This document shows positions 1-10,900 of a stretch of DNA of 64,000 bases, piece after piece. Every line of letters starts with the position of its first letter. Positions within the stretch are counted from its first letter, which is position 1. Position numbers and translations under genes: made by a program. The notes below the pieces were generated by a model. The model searched no databases and was not told where the DNA came from. It was given only the letters and a program-made list of their open reading frames with translations. The DNA comes from Carpediemonas membranifera BICM (lineage: Eukaryota; Protista; Fornicata), in assembly GCA_019828565.1 (NCBI GenBank), contig JAHDYR010000013.1:277556-341555 (forward strand), in the 5' to 3' direction.

Positions 1-2
1 TG

Positions 3-3000
3 GTCGACGCCGTCTCTGCGGCCAGGAACTGTATCCATAACAACACGCCCCTCCTCCTCCTGGGGGCACGCGGGTCGGGTAGACGCAAGGCCATCGAGAC
101 TGCCGCCGCCTCCATGCCGTATCCGGTCACAGTCCGCCACATCTGGTGCTCTGGTGTCACCACTGCAAGCACCCTCCGCGACGTCGTCGTCCGTGACCTC
201 AAGCCCTCCTTTACTGGGGCTGGCACCCGGGTGTTCAGGCCGCCCTCTGGCAAGACCGTCTTCGTCCTCCACGGGCTGGACACAGTCCCTAAGGACGGCT
301 ACGACTCGAGGGAAGTCGTCAACTGGGCCTCGCATATTGCCCACCACTCGTCCATTTATGATCCGGTCACCGGCACGGCGGACCGTCTGGTCGACGTCGT
401 CATCTTCGCCACTATGGCTCCGGGACTGTGGAAGGAGGGAGTGACGCTGGATCAGATTGCATCGCCCAGGCTGCTGGGTGTCAGCACCACTGTGAGCATG
501 CCTCGCCCCTCTACCCGGGAGTGCAGGGACATCCTCCTCAGCAAGATCATGGGGCTGCCCTCGTCCCTGGGGCAGAAGACCACAGCTCTCGCTAACACGG
601 TCGTTGCTGCCGGAGAGAGCGTTAACAAGCACCGCCCGGCTGCTGAACACGTGACACTCGACCAGCTTGTCCGTTGGGTGGGGGAGCTTGCACACTACGA
701 CCTCAGTACCGACCCAGCAACGGCCATACTCCACGCGGGGCTCACAGTCCTCGGTGGAGCACCCTCTACACACGACGAGAAGCCCATGCAGAAGATCCTC
801 GCCCACGCCATTGCCCAGAAGTTCCTCGGCGACAAGACCGCGTCCAGCGACCTTCAAAAGACGCCTCTCATGGTCGCCCTGGACACGTCCAACGAGGTTC
901 TCCGGCAACCGATGGAGGAGGCGGACCTGGCAGAGTTGGGCGGGTCGACAGTGCAGTTTAGTGTAATTTTTAACGCCCTCAGCACGGCTACTGGTCTCAC
1001 CATCACCATGAACCAAGGCTGCGGCGCCATCCCCGCGCTCATGGCTGCCACCCGCTCTTTGGGCGTTGAGCTGCACCACCCCGCCCCGGCCCGGCCATAC
1101 ACGACCAGGACCATGATGGCCGAGCTCAAGACCGCCATAGCTGCGGTGCTGGAGGGCAAGAAGGTCGCCCTCGTCATCACTGAGCCCCTAATCGACACTT
1201 TCCCTGCCTGGCTGTCCATTGTCAACAGCTTGGCCTCCGGAGTCCTCCCACCCGAGCTCTCGTGGGCAGACATACAGGTCATGGCGGCCGGCGCCAGTCT
1301 TCCGCCTGAGGAGACCCAGGCGGCCATCCTCGCAGGCCTCATCCCCGTAGCCGTGCTCGACTCGGCCCACCCCGCATATGATGACCGTATGCGCCTGTTC
1401 GTCGGGCTATCGAACAACACTGTCGCCGTCAAGATGACTCAGGCTGAAGTCACTGGAGTCGACGAGTCGGTCGTTATGCTCCATAAGGAGTATGCCACCC
1501 ACCCCTCCCAGCTCGGCATCATGGCCGGACTATTTACTACTACCCGCGCCGCCCAACTCGAGAGAATCGGGTCGGATAAGGCGCGCCTGGACAGAGGCCT
1601 TCAGGCGCTCGAAGGGGCGCGGCAGGCTATCGGTGACCTCACGACTCAAGCCGAGTCACAACGGAAGGAGCTTGACGAGGCAAAGGCGGCTCTCCAGGTC
1701 ACCCTCGAGGACATCCGCCAGGCTACAGTTGAAGGCACGAACAAGACGAGGGAGGCCGAGACGATGCAGGCCGAGCTGAAGACCAAGGAAGCGGCTGTTG
1801 CGGAGAAACGGGTTGGTGCCAAGGCGAGGCTCGACAACGTTGTGCCTGTGATCGAGGAGGCAAGGCAGGCGGTGGACCGCATCGACAACAATAGCCTTGG
1901 CCGGGCAATTGATTACAGCAAGGGCGCCAACGCCAGCCGCAGTTTCAAGGATGTGATTGGACTCATTCAAAAGATCACAGAACCCCGCCCGGATCAAAAG
2001 ATGAGCGCCGGAGTCGTGAGGCGTGGCATCGAGGCGTTGGGCCAGGACATCGACTCCTGGGCCCGTGAGCTCACTGACAACAAGAAGAAGTTCGCCAGCA
2101 TCAAGAAGGACGTCGCCAACCTCGAGCCGGACCAGGAGCTCAAGCGCGCTGCCACATGCCTACCGCCTCTCGCTGCGTGGATCCGGGCCGTAGTCAACTA
2201 TGCTGATACCGTGAACGACGTCGCCCCCCTCACGGCGGAGGTCGAGCGACTCGACTCTGAGCTCAGCAACAGTCGCCGTATGCTGGCTGATGTCGAGCGA
2301 GAGCTAGTGGAGCTCAAGACCCGCGGTGATCAGCTCGCTGCCGATTACCAGTCGCGCACGGCTGAATCAGTGTTGCTCGGCCAGAAGCTCGAGGCCATCG
2401 AAGACAAGCTCGGCCGGGCCACGTGGCTGATGAACCAGCTCGAGTCGGAGCGCAGTCGCTGGGCTTTCTCCAGAGACGAGATGGCTGAGGTCGCCGCTTC
2501 TATCGACAATCTCGCCGTGCACGCCGCAGCACTCACCTCTCACGGTCTCAACCGCAGCGAGGATGGCCGCCAAGCGCTGCTTGACCAGTGGAGTGTCCCC
2601 CAGCTGGACTACCCGGCCCTGGTCAGCTCCCACAAGGCAATCGCCCAGTGGATCGACGCCGGCCTCCCCTCCCACGCCGCTTCCCTCACCAACGCCGCAG
2701 CTCTCGACCTGACTCTGACATGCGGGGTCTGCCCGCTCGTGATAGACCCAGACGGGGGCCTCGTTGACGCCGCTGCCGCTGTACTCGCCGCCCGCGGTGT
2801 CCCTGTGGACAGGCTATCGCCCAGTCACCCCCAACTCCTCAGCAAGCTCGCCCTCGCTGTTAGATTCGGCCGAAAGGTGATTCTGAGCCTCACAGACCCC
2901 TCGGTGCTCCCGCTGCTGGCTTCATTGCTGGTGGCCGAGGTCGGCGATTCCATCATTGTCGGCAGTCAGACCGTGGATGTATCCCCAGATTTCCGACTGA

Positions 3001-5600
3001 TCCTGTCGACCGTTGACGGTGACATGACAAAAATTCCGCCATACATTACCGGCCACGTGGTACCAATCCGTGTGGTCACGAGTAAGGCTGGCCTCGTCCA
3101 GTCCTTCATGGACATCACGCTGGCCACCCTGCACGCCGACATGCGAGAGCAGCGGGCCCAGGCGACGGCGACGGAGACCAAGCTGCGGAAGGAGCTCGAG
3201 AGCCTGGAGGACGACCTGCTGACGACACTGTCAGAGAACCAAACAGACTTGCTCGGCAACGACGCCCTCGTTGAGACGCTCAAGACACTGAAGGCGAGCA
3301 CCAAGGAGGTCAGCCGGGCCCTGGACGCCGCGAGAGAGTCCAAGGCTGCCCTGGAGCACACTACCAGCAAGTACCTCCCCGTAGCTGAGCTGGCGGCCCA
3401 AGTGTCTATGGCACACGCGACATTGGCCTCACTCCACCCGTTGTACCAGATCAGAGCGGTCAGACTCAACGCCGTCTTCGAACAGGCGCTGAGGTCAGCT
3501 GGCGCAGCGACTGACAGCTCCATCGTTCCAGCGATTCTGACTAAGCTCACTGTCGCGGCGTTCAGAATGGTCGTCAGGTCGGTACTTAGCGAACATCGTA
3601 CAGCTGCTATCCTCACGCTGCTCTCGTTCGTTCGTCATGACGTTTACACTGATAAGCAATGGCTCTTCCTCCTGGGCGGCCTCACCACCACCAGCGACGC
3701 ACCAGGCTGGGTCCCAGAAGACCGCAAGACAACCTCCGCACCACTTTTCGACGTGGTCGACCGCTCACTGTTTGCCGACACATCCCCCTGGAAGACTTGG
3801 GCCAGCGGCGGTCAGGACCCGCGTGTGGACACTAAACTGCTCGCCATGGCAGCCAAGACGCTCAGGCCCGACCGGTTTGAGGAGCTAATCACCCGCACGA
3901 TCACGTCCGAGCTCCGTATCGACGCCAGTGTTCTCACCCCGCTCCCACCCGCCCTGTCACCCTTCCACACACTCCTCATTGGCAGCCCCGGCGCTGATGC
4001 GGCTGGGGCAGTCATGGCGCTTGCACCAGAGGGTCAGGCGGTGGACTTCACCTCCTTTGGTGAATGTGACTCGACCGCCATCTGTCACAAGATCGCCACG
4101 CCTGGCTGGCACGTGGTCACAAACCTCCAGTTGTCACCCACTGACACCAGCATCATCGTCGAAGCGGCTGCCCACATCCCCGTGGGCGATACGCGCATCT
4201 TCTTCGTCACGGAGCCCTCGCCCGACCTGCCTCCCACCCTTCCTCAGCTGTGCGACACATACACACTCGAACTGCCCCGCGGTGTGGCTGCATCCGTCGC
4301 CCGTACCTACGAGACGTGGCCCCCGGATCTCCCGGCCACCGTACCCGACCCAGAGTTCAAGAAACGGGTCTTCCTCGCCGCTGTACTCCATGCGATCATC
4401 CTTGAACGCCGCCTCTACTCCCCCAGAGGATGGAGCAAGAAGTACGAGTTCTCCTCTGCTGATATGGCGTGCGCCATTGATCTCCTGATCGCCCAATCGC
4501 ACGGGACATGGTCCTGGTCCCGTATCCAAACCCTATTGGGCTCCGTCGTCTACGGTGGTAGACTCGAAGGGGAACCCGACGCCAAGCTCCTCAAGGCGCT
4601 GGTCAGCAAGTTCATGAGCAGGCCCGCTATCGAGAGGCCGGGGGACATCCTTCTCTCACTCCCAGCCCACCCCACGGCCGCGTCGGCCTTAAGCTGCGCG
4701 AACTCGTTAACCGATGTTGACCAGGCGTCACTTCTTGGCCTTCCTGTGAATGCGTCAGTTCAGCAAGCAGTGCAGGCCGCACAGGCGACATGCTCCCAGT
4801 TCCGACGTGTGATGGGGTCTTCTGGGTCTGGCCACGCCGACGAGCTCGTCAAGGGCGTTCTGAGCGCATGGGATGGCGTGAAGACGACGACAGGATGCTG
4901 CCAGACCATCACTGTCCGCGAGATGCCGGATGCCATTGGTTCTTTCTTTGCGGCTGAGGTTGCGGCTATCCACAAGTTCTGCATGCTGATTGACTCAAAC
5001 CTCGGTATGTTCCGCGACTCCGGATACGACATGACCATTCTTGACTCTATCGGGGCGCAGCTTGTGGCGGGTGAGCTGCCGCTTGTATGGGACCGCGCCC
5101 TTCCCAACAACATCGGCGATTACTACGCGACCCTCTCTCCGGTTCGCATGTTTAAGATTATTGGCCAGAAGAGCGCCGCCATACGTCATATGGCGTCTGA
5201 ATATGCTTCCAGCGGCATTCTAAGTGGTCTCACTGTCGACCTCGGCGTCTTTATGGTCCCCGGCGGCTTCATCTCAGCAGCATGTCAGCTGGCAGCAAGA
5301 CAGCTTAAGGTCTCACCCACCACTCTCATGCCCGTGGTACAGTCTGCCCCAGTCGACGGCGCAGTCAGGGTCAAGCAGCTTTTTGTCACTTCATCTGCAG
5401 GTCAAAGTCTGTTGACTTCCACAGCTGAGGTCCACCTTACGTGGGCAACCAGTGGAATCCCTGGTGATTTACCTGTGTATGTAACACCGCTCAGGGACCC
5501 CACAGACTTGCTGTTCCACATCAACGCCAAGGATATCCATGGGCTGGGTGCGGCATCCGCCATGACAGGCGATTATGCATCAGTGATTAACGATAACTGA
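3..5600 (+). CDS. DYNC2H1: Dynein heavy chain, C-terminal part (AAA3 to C-terminus), most like cytoplasmic dynein-2 (IFT dynein); 5' end lies outside the window
   Basis: Frame is open from base 3 (degenerate P-loop LLLLGARGSGRRK). Stalk coiled coils, AAA5 PLVIDPDG and LALAVRFG, AAA6 ERRLYSPRGWSKKYEFS..D and VYGGRLE. The dynein-2 assignment is by-eye motif similarity. Confidence 0.85.
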   Translation, partial: VDAVSAARNCIHNNTPLLLLGARGSGRRKAIETAAASMPYPVTVRHIWCSGVTTASTLRDVVVRDLKPSFTGAGTRVFRPPSGKTVFVLHGLDTVPKDGYDSREVVNWASHIAHHSSIYDPVTGTADRLVDVVIFATMAPGLWKEGVTLDQIASPRLLGVSTTVSMPRPSTRECRDILLSKIMGLPSSLGQKTTALANTVVAAGESVNKHRPAAEHVTLDQLVRWVGELAHYDLSTDPATAILHAGLTVLGGAPSTHDEKPMQKILAHAIAQKFLGDKTASSDLQKTPLMVALDTSNEVLRQPMEEADLAELGGSTVQFSVIFNALSTATGLTITMNQGCGAIPALMAATRSLGVELHHPAPARPYTTRTMMAELKTAIAAVLEGKKVALVITEPLIDTFPAWLSIVNSLASGVLPPELSWADIQVMAAGASLPPEETQAAILAGLIPVAVLDSAHPAYDDRMRLFVGLSNNTVAVKMTQAEVTGVDESVVMLHKEYATHPSQLGIMAGLFTTTRAAQLERIGSDKARLDRGLQALEGARQAIGDLTTQAESQRKELDEAKAALQVTLEDIRQATVEGTNKTREAETMQAELKTKEAAVAEKRVGAKARLDNVVPVIEEARQAVDRIDNNSLGRAIDYSKGANASRSFKDVIGLIQKITEPRPDQKMSAGVVRRGIEALGQDIDSWARELTDNKKKFASIKKDVANLEPDQELKRAATCLPPLAAWIRAVVNYADTVNDVAPLTAEVERLDSELSNSRRMLADVERELVELKTRGDQLAADYQSRTAESVLLGQKLEAIEDKLGRATWLMNQLESERSRWAFSRDEMAEVAASIDNLAVHAAALTSHGLNRSEDGRQALLDQWSVPQLDYPALVSSHKAIAQWIDAGLPSHAASLTNAAALDLTLTCGVCPLVIDPDGGLVDAAAAVLAARGVPVDRLSPSHPQLLSKLALAVRFGRKVILSLTDPSVLPLLASLLVAEVGDSIIVGSQTVDVSPDFRLILSTVDGDMTKIPPYITGHVVPIRVVTSKAGLVQSFMDITLATLHADMREQRAQATATETKLRKELESLEDDLLTTLSENQTDLLGNDALVETLKTLKASTKEVSRALDAARESKAALEHTTSKYLPVAELAAQVSMAHATLASLHPLYQIRAVRLNAVFEQALRSAGAATDSSIVPAILTKLTVAAFRMVVRSVLSEHRTAAILTLLSFVRHDVYTDKQWLFLLGGLTTTSDAPGWVPEDRKTTSAPLFDVVDRSLFADTSPWKTWASGGQDPRVDTKLLAMAAKTLRPDRFEELITRTITSELRIDASVLTPLPPALSPFHTLLIGSPGADAAGAVMALAPEGQAVDFTSFGECDSTAICHKIATPGWHVVTNLQLSPTDTSIIVEAAAHIPVGDTRIFFVTEPSPDLPPTLPQLCDTYTLELPRGVAASVARTYETWPPDLPATVPDPEFKKRVFLAAVLHAIILERRLYSPRGWSKKYEFSSADMACAIDLLIAQSHGTWSWSRIQTLLGSVVYGGRLEGEPDAKLLKALVSKFMSRPAIERPGDILLSLPAHPTAASALSCANSLTDVDQASLLGLPVNASVQQAVQAAQATCSQFRRVMGSSGSGHADELVKGVLSAWDGVKTTTGCCQTITVREMPDAIGSFFAAEVAAIHKFCMLIDSNLGMFRDSGYDMTILDSIGAQLVAGELPLVWDRALPNNIGDYYATLSPVRMFKIIGQKSAAIRHMASEYASSGILSGLTVDLGVFMVPGGFISAACQLAARQLKVSPTTLMPVVQSAPVDGAVRVKQLFVTSSAGQSLLTSTAEVHLTWATSGIPGDLPVYVTPLRDPTDLLFHINAKDIHGLGAASAMTGDYASVINDN

Positions 5601-5769
5601 CATGTAAAGCACCTTATTGACGCCTACTGCACCCGCAATGGTTTGTTCGTGGGCCAATGGCCTCAACCAACTTTGAACGTGATCTGAGCGTTATTTGCTG
5701 TTGCGTTCGTTGTGACTTTTCGATGAGTCGCAGGAGAGATTTCGGATTGAGCCATGCCCCACACCCGAC

Positions 5770-6148
5770 ATACTGACCATAAGAGTGAAATCTTCGCTAC
5801 GCTCAGGCTCGCGAAGCTCGGCTGTGCCTCGCCGCTCGCAAAACTGTTCGTCGCTATATGGCAATAAACGATGCTCCCTCTTCTCCACCTCCGGCATAAC
5901 CATGAGGTCGGCCGAAGGTATCCACCAGGGGGACCCGCTCTCTCCAATTCTGTTCAGCTTGGGCGTTAAGCCCATTCTGGACGTCTTTCGTGAGGCTTTC
6001 CCTGGGTGGTGCATCCGTGCCTTCCAGGACGACATCGTAGCCACCACTACCCGCCCGCTACAGTCGCCTGGGGTCGGCTGTGAGGCCAACAATCTCACAG
6101 AACTCGCTACTCAGAAGTTCAACGAGGTTGGCCTCCGCCTCTGTGATC
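5770..6148 (+). pseudogene. Non-LTR retrotransposon RT fragment (CRE/SLACS-like), cut by a Gypsy LTR
   Basis: GIHQGDPLSPILFSLGV and AFQDDI motifs; ends at the LTR boundary 6149. Confidence 0.8.
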
Positions 6149-6223
6149 TGTCGAGGTAAAAGGGAGTCTGATTCAAACTGTTTATAGGGTTGGTATTGGG
6201 GTTAGTACCCTATACTGCTCACA
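6149..6223 (-). repeat. 75-bp 3' LTR of a Gypsy fragment (Gypsy-4)
   Basis: TGTGAG...CTCGACA directly after the purine tract AGAAGGGAAG and the chromodomain stop; internal TATAGGG/CCCTATA hairpin. Confidence 0.75.
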
Positions 6224-6231
6224 CTTCCCTT

Positions 6232-6504
6232 CTAAAGGTGCAGCTCCGGATGGGCCTCGGCGTAGATGTCGAGGGCCTCGAGGTCGCGGACCTCGCGGTA
6301 CGGGAGCCACTCATCGGCGCCTGGGTAGCCGTCCCAGGCGACGAGGAACTCAAGGGAACTCTTCGTGGGGCCACCGCGGTGGCCAGTAATGGCTTCGACT
6401 TCAAATGTATCGTCGTCCAGTGAGGCGACGGTGAGGTCGTCAAAGGCCAAGGAGTCGTCGTACTCCACGAGCCGGGAACCGTGGGCATCGGTTTTCTTCA
6501 GCAT
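6232..6504 (-). pseudogene. Integrase C-terminus/chromodomain fragment of Gypsy-4
   Basis: FEVEAITGHR...FLVAWDGY....EW chromodomain followed by PPT and LTR. Confidence 0.85.
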
Positions 6505-6759
6505 ATGAGGGGAATTAACGTTAATGTGCCTCGCTAATGCGGAGAATGCTTTTACAGGGAAAGATGAAGAGAAAACCCTTGTGCCAATAAATGGCTTAAA
6601 CTGTATAAATGATTAGTGTGGTCTATGACCACCACAGGGGAGGAGACGGAGGAGGAGATGTTGGAGGAGATGTTGGAGGTGATCCTTGAGGAGATTGAGG
6701 AGGACATGGATGAAGAGGAGGGAATGAATGATGATGATGAATTTTGGACAGAGGGCGGT

Positions 6760-7281
6760 TTACCGATTGTTTGCCCGCTTGGGTTTCTTCGGCTTCCGAA
6801 AATCCTCGTCCTGTCTCGTTCGCTCCTTGAGGTGCGGGTTCTTGGCCAGAGTCTTAAACACAACCTCGCTGTCAATCTTCTCGGGGCCCATGTCGGGTTT
6901 CTCTGCGAGGGCCGCCGAGCCGGCAGTGGCGACCGAGAGACCAACGAGGTAACCATACCGGTCCTTACACCACAGAACACGGTGGCGGAGGTACAGGCGC
7001 GAGAGCAATCCATAGCCGTTCAGGCGTCCGAACTTGAAGCCTCGATAGAGGTCTTCGAGGAACTCAGCCTCCTCCTTCATCGACTGGGAAGCAGGGCGTT
7101 TCCAGGAAAGGTTTGCCTCCTCCTGAAGCTGAGCCACGGTGGTTTTGAGCTTCTTCTCTTCGGTCTTGTCATCGAGCTGCTCCTTTAGCTTGTCCAAAGC
7201 TCCGGAGAGTTCTGCGATCTTGGCCGTCGCTTTCGTTAGCTCTTCTTGCTCATTGGCGTTCATGCTTGCCTTTCTTTGCTC
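6760..7281 (-). CDS. gag-like ORF of DIRS-like element B (3' part; 5' part at 12224-12413, split by Gypsy-1)
   Basis: Clear homologue of the ORF at 17067-17588 (WKRPAS..M.EEAEFL...LRHRVLW.KDRYGYL); followed by the same kind of Ser-rich tract. Confidence 0.75.
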   Translation of the reverse strand, partial: EQRKASMNANEQEELTKATAKIAELSGALDKLKEQLDDKTEEKKLKTTVAQLQEEANLSWKRPASQSMKEEAEFLEDLYRGFKFGRLNGYGLLSRLYLRHRVLWCKDRYGYLVGLSVATAGSAALAEKPDMGPEKIDSEVVFKTLAKNPHLKERTRQDEDFRKPKKPKRANNR

Positions 7282-7285
7282 TCTT

Positions 7286-7391
7286 TGTTGTAACGATGCT
7301 AATTCATTTCGACACACTGGTGTCGTCTCGGACCAAGTAGGACCAAGACGACACCCATAAAATATATAAATATTAATACGGTATTGCGACA
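7286..7391 (-). repeat. Gypsy-1 3' LTR
   Basis: Direct repeat of 12109-12223 (2-nt and 7-nt indels, 1 substitution); 10-bp stem GGTGTCGTCT/AGACGACACC. Confidence 0.95.
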
Positions 7392-7450
7392 CTACCCCTC
7401 CCCCCCCACCGAGAGTATTAAAGCCACTTTGCAAATTGTGTCAGAAACCC

Positions 7451-7516
7451 ATCCGATGGTCGAGGATCTTCCTTCAGGGTGGAACCGGGTTCGACCCCCG
7501 GAGTCACCATATTTTT
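7451..7516 (+). ncRNA. tRNA-like structure (D arm, T arm/B-box, CCA, T-run) antisense in the Gypsy-1 3' UTR
   Basis: ATCC-GATGGTCGA-GGAT arm, CCGGG-TTCGACC-CCCGG arm, AGTCACCA then TATTTTT; no paired acceptor stem, shortened middle arm. Confidence 0.45.
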
Positions 7517-7981
7517 CACTGAATGGGTCTTAACCTGCACGACCCAGCGATGAGTCGAAAAGAAGGAGGAGGCGAAGGACGAAAAAAATGGGAAGGGTGT
7601 ACTCGATATGCCCTTGCAGCGGCCTACCTCCACCTCCTGTCTGAGGTCTGAGTACTTCGTGTGGTGGCCGAAACACGAGTCGATGGCGAAAGAGTGAACG
7701 GGGAAGATGATCGCAACGAGAGCTGAACCCGAGGGAAATGGGGAGATATATAAAGGTGATTGTACTGCTGTAGCACTAGGTTCTCACGGGCATTGGTTCC
7801 CCGCAATGCGCAAAAATTTGGAATCAATCGACTATCGATTAACTGGGGAGGTTTGGACCGAAATTCCCCGCAAAAGAGGTGTAACAAGCATGTGTAGAGC
7901 GATATTGGGCGGAAGAATTACTTCCCGGAGGGTAATTGAGCATAATTGGCTGCTCGCCGATTGAGTTGCCTAATACTGCGG

Positions 7982-10900
7982 CTAGGACCGGGCCTGCCAC
8001 CTGCGACGAATACGAGCCAGAGTCGGCTCTAGTGCAGGGTTCTCGCGCAAATATTGGTCTAGGGCCTCCAGCTGGTCGGTGTCTCTGGTAAAACTAATCC
8101 AAGAGTCTTCGCTCGGCTCGTAGCCCAGCCAGTGGACTTTGAATTCGACCTTGGACCCCTTGTTTGAGACCCTGTGCTTGTAGACATTGTCGACCACGTA
8201 CTCACCGCACTCGGCGGCAAGTCTAGCGATCAGGGCTTGCTCGTCCTCTGGCGTCTCGACAGGAATGAGTCGCTCATCGCTGACCAGGACCTCTGCCAGC
8301 GACACCAAGTCGCGAACCACGTGCGTAGCGGGCGATTCGCCGGCTCGTACAACCTTCATCGGGCCCCGGAGGCTGGTGAGCAGCTTGGGAGCTCTGCCAA
8401 CGTAGCGGAGGAGTGCGAAGGAGCCATCCGGGAAGCTCGGAGGTGTGTCGCTGTCCTCGCCGCTCTTGTTTCGTTCGCTATACCGTTGGAGATGAGCCTT
8501 GGCTTGCAGACGGCGGGTATTAAGGGCGTCGCGGAACGCCTTCAGGCAATCGGCTTGGCCCGCCGACATTTCCTTAAATAGGGCCCACGCCCGCTCGTAT
8601 TGCGCGACTGAAAACTGCTCGGAGTCGGATCCCGAATTGCCTGTCACTAGGCGTAAGGGGGCTTGCCCCGTGGCCCGTGTTGGCCGTGTATTAATGATGT
8701 ACTGCACTAAAGGGAGGAAAGGAACCCAGTCATAGTCCTGGCTGTCAAATAGTAAACCCCGCAACAGACGAAGGACTTTTCCATTCGTGCGTTCAAGAAT
8801 TCCGTTGGAGGCTGGGTGATGTGGGGTCGAGTAACGATGCTTGAGGGAGAGGATCCGGTTGACTTCAGCGTCCACTTGGTTCCTAAATTCCGGTCCGCCA
8901 TCAGTTTGAAGTAGCGCTGGTTTCCCAAATAGGGCCCAGACTTCTAGCATTGCTTGGGCTGTCTCGGCGGCCGTGGTTGATCTCACCGGCTTCAGTACCA
9001 CGTATTTCGTGAAGACATCTGTGAAGACCAAGACGCCCTTGTACTCACCGCTAGCCCCCAGGGAGAGAGTGTCGACTTGGACGCATTCAAAGGGCGTGTA
9101 CCGGTGTGTGCTGTTCTTCGCCGGGGGCGTTCGCTTGTGTGCGCGCAACTTCTGGCATGTCAAGCACTGCTTGACTACCCGCTTGGCGAGTGCCGAGACG
9201 TCGGGCCAAACATGACCCGCCTCCATCGCAAGAGTCGTAAGGCGTACTGCCTTGGGGTGGCCATTGGCGCCCTCATGCAGATCTTGAAGTATGCGCAGCT
9301 TCTCCTCCTCCGATGGTACGATCTCGGCACTGTTCACAGTCTTAGTCGACGATTCTAGCCGTGAAAGAGCGTCGGCGACCACATTATGCTCGCCTGATAT
9401 GTGGGCAATGTTGAAATTGAATTCTTGCAAAGCAATCCGCCAGCGCATCACCTTGGGGGATACGAGGGAGCGGCGCATGAGGTACACAATATTCCGGTGG
9501 TCTGTGTGGATAGTGAGCGAGTTAACCATCTTGAGTAGAGGACTCAAGTCAGGCCGGGTGAGGGTATGAAGGATTGCGTACAGCTCCTTGTCGTAGGTGG
9601 CCCAGCGCCTCTGCGTCGCGTTAAATAATTTCGAAACGAAGGCGACCAGGCGGCGATTCGCGCCCTCTCCCTGGGTGATTACGGCCCCAAGCCCCCGGTC
9701 GCTTGCGTCAGTGTAAACGTCCCATGGCAGGCTGGGATCAGGCTGAGCCAGGACGGTCTCTTGGGCTACCGCCTCTCTCAGGGCCACGAGGGCTTCCTCT
9801 TGGCGTGGTCCCCATACGAATGGCTCACCGGCGTTCCTGATCAGCTCATAGAGGGGGTCCACAAGGTCCGCCGCGGCTGGGATGAAGTCGATCACGTAAT
9901 TAAACATCCCTAAGAGTGTTCTGACCCCTGAAACATTGCTCGGAGCCTCTATCGACGTGAGTGCTTCAATCCGTCGCTTGTCGATGCTCTTCCCCTCGCG
10001 GGAAAGGTGGAAGCCCACGATGTCTAACTCCTCCGCGCCGATCACACATTTTGCCGGGCTAAGCCGAAGGTCATACTTTGTCAGCAACTGGAAGGTTTGC
10101 TCTAAGCGTGCTATAAGTTCCTCCTCAGATTGGGCGTAGATTAAGATGTCGTCAATATAGACCAGCACCCCCCGGTGGAGTACCGGGGCGAGGATGGATT
10201 GCATGGTACGCTGGAAATAACTCGGAGCGTTAGTCAGCCCGAATGGGACTCGGTTGAACTCCTCGTAGTCGTCAGGTGTTACAAACGCCGTCATAGCTCT
10301 GTCTTCCTCGAGGAGGGGCATCTGATGGTACCCGGACGTCAAGTCCAAGCTGGCGAAGAATTGAGCCCCCGCCGCCTCCTGCACGAAGGTTTTCAAGTCG
10401 GGAAGGGGAAAATGGTCACGAATGGTGGGGGTGTTGAGCTTTGTGTAGTCCACACAGAGGCGTATGGCGCCGTTCTTCTTATCCACTACCACGATCGGGG
10501 AGGAGAACGGTCCGACGCTGTTCCTGGTGATGCCAAGGTGGCGTAGGCGGGTTACTTTTTCCCGCACCTGAAGGCGTCGTTCCCCTGATAGTCTCCGGGC
10601 TCGTTCCTGGACCAGGGCGTCCGGGTCATTCAATCGGATCCGCATAGGTTCAACCTTGGCTCCTTGAGCCGGAATGGGGCCGAACAACGTGGAATACTCA
10701 GCAAGTAGCGCTCGTACCTCGCTTCGGAGCGTGGCGCTCGCGGATTCGGGAATTTCAACAGCACCAACGTCCTCCGAGACGTCTAACTGGTTCAAACTCA
10801 GCGGAATGTCGTCCCCGTCCTCCTTGCTCAGATTTTCGGCTACGAGCTGGAGGAATAAGGAATCCTTCGTGAGAAGCCCGAGTACACGAAGAATGTCGGT

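Larger units (their letters stand above)
5750..10317. repeat. Left arm of a 4568-bp inverted segmental duplication (partner 32450-37017)
   Basis: Reverse-complement identity read directly; differences are a few substitutions and 1-bp indels in short runs. Confidence 0.95.

Noticed and set aside
154-5415. Many short overlapping ORFs in the dynein gene and long antisense ORFs over TE genes (e.g. 18800-19567, 20340-21125, 22805-24302, 6616-7188)
   Set aside because: Shadow frames caused by GC and codon bias; no motifs.
7470-7495. TCA triplet suggesting a selenocysteine or opal-suppressor tRNA
   Set aside because: No acceptor stem, no 7-nt loop on a 5-bp stem, no long variable arm; kept only as tRNA-like.
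7440-7535. Possible hammerhead ribozyme on the minus strand (CTGAAGGA, GAAA)
   Set aside because: Core does not fit CUGANGA and the three stems could not be built.
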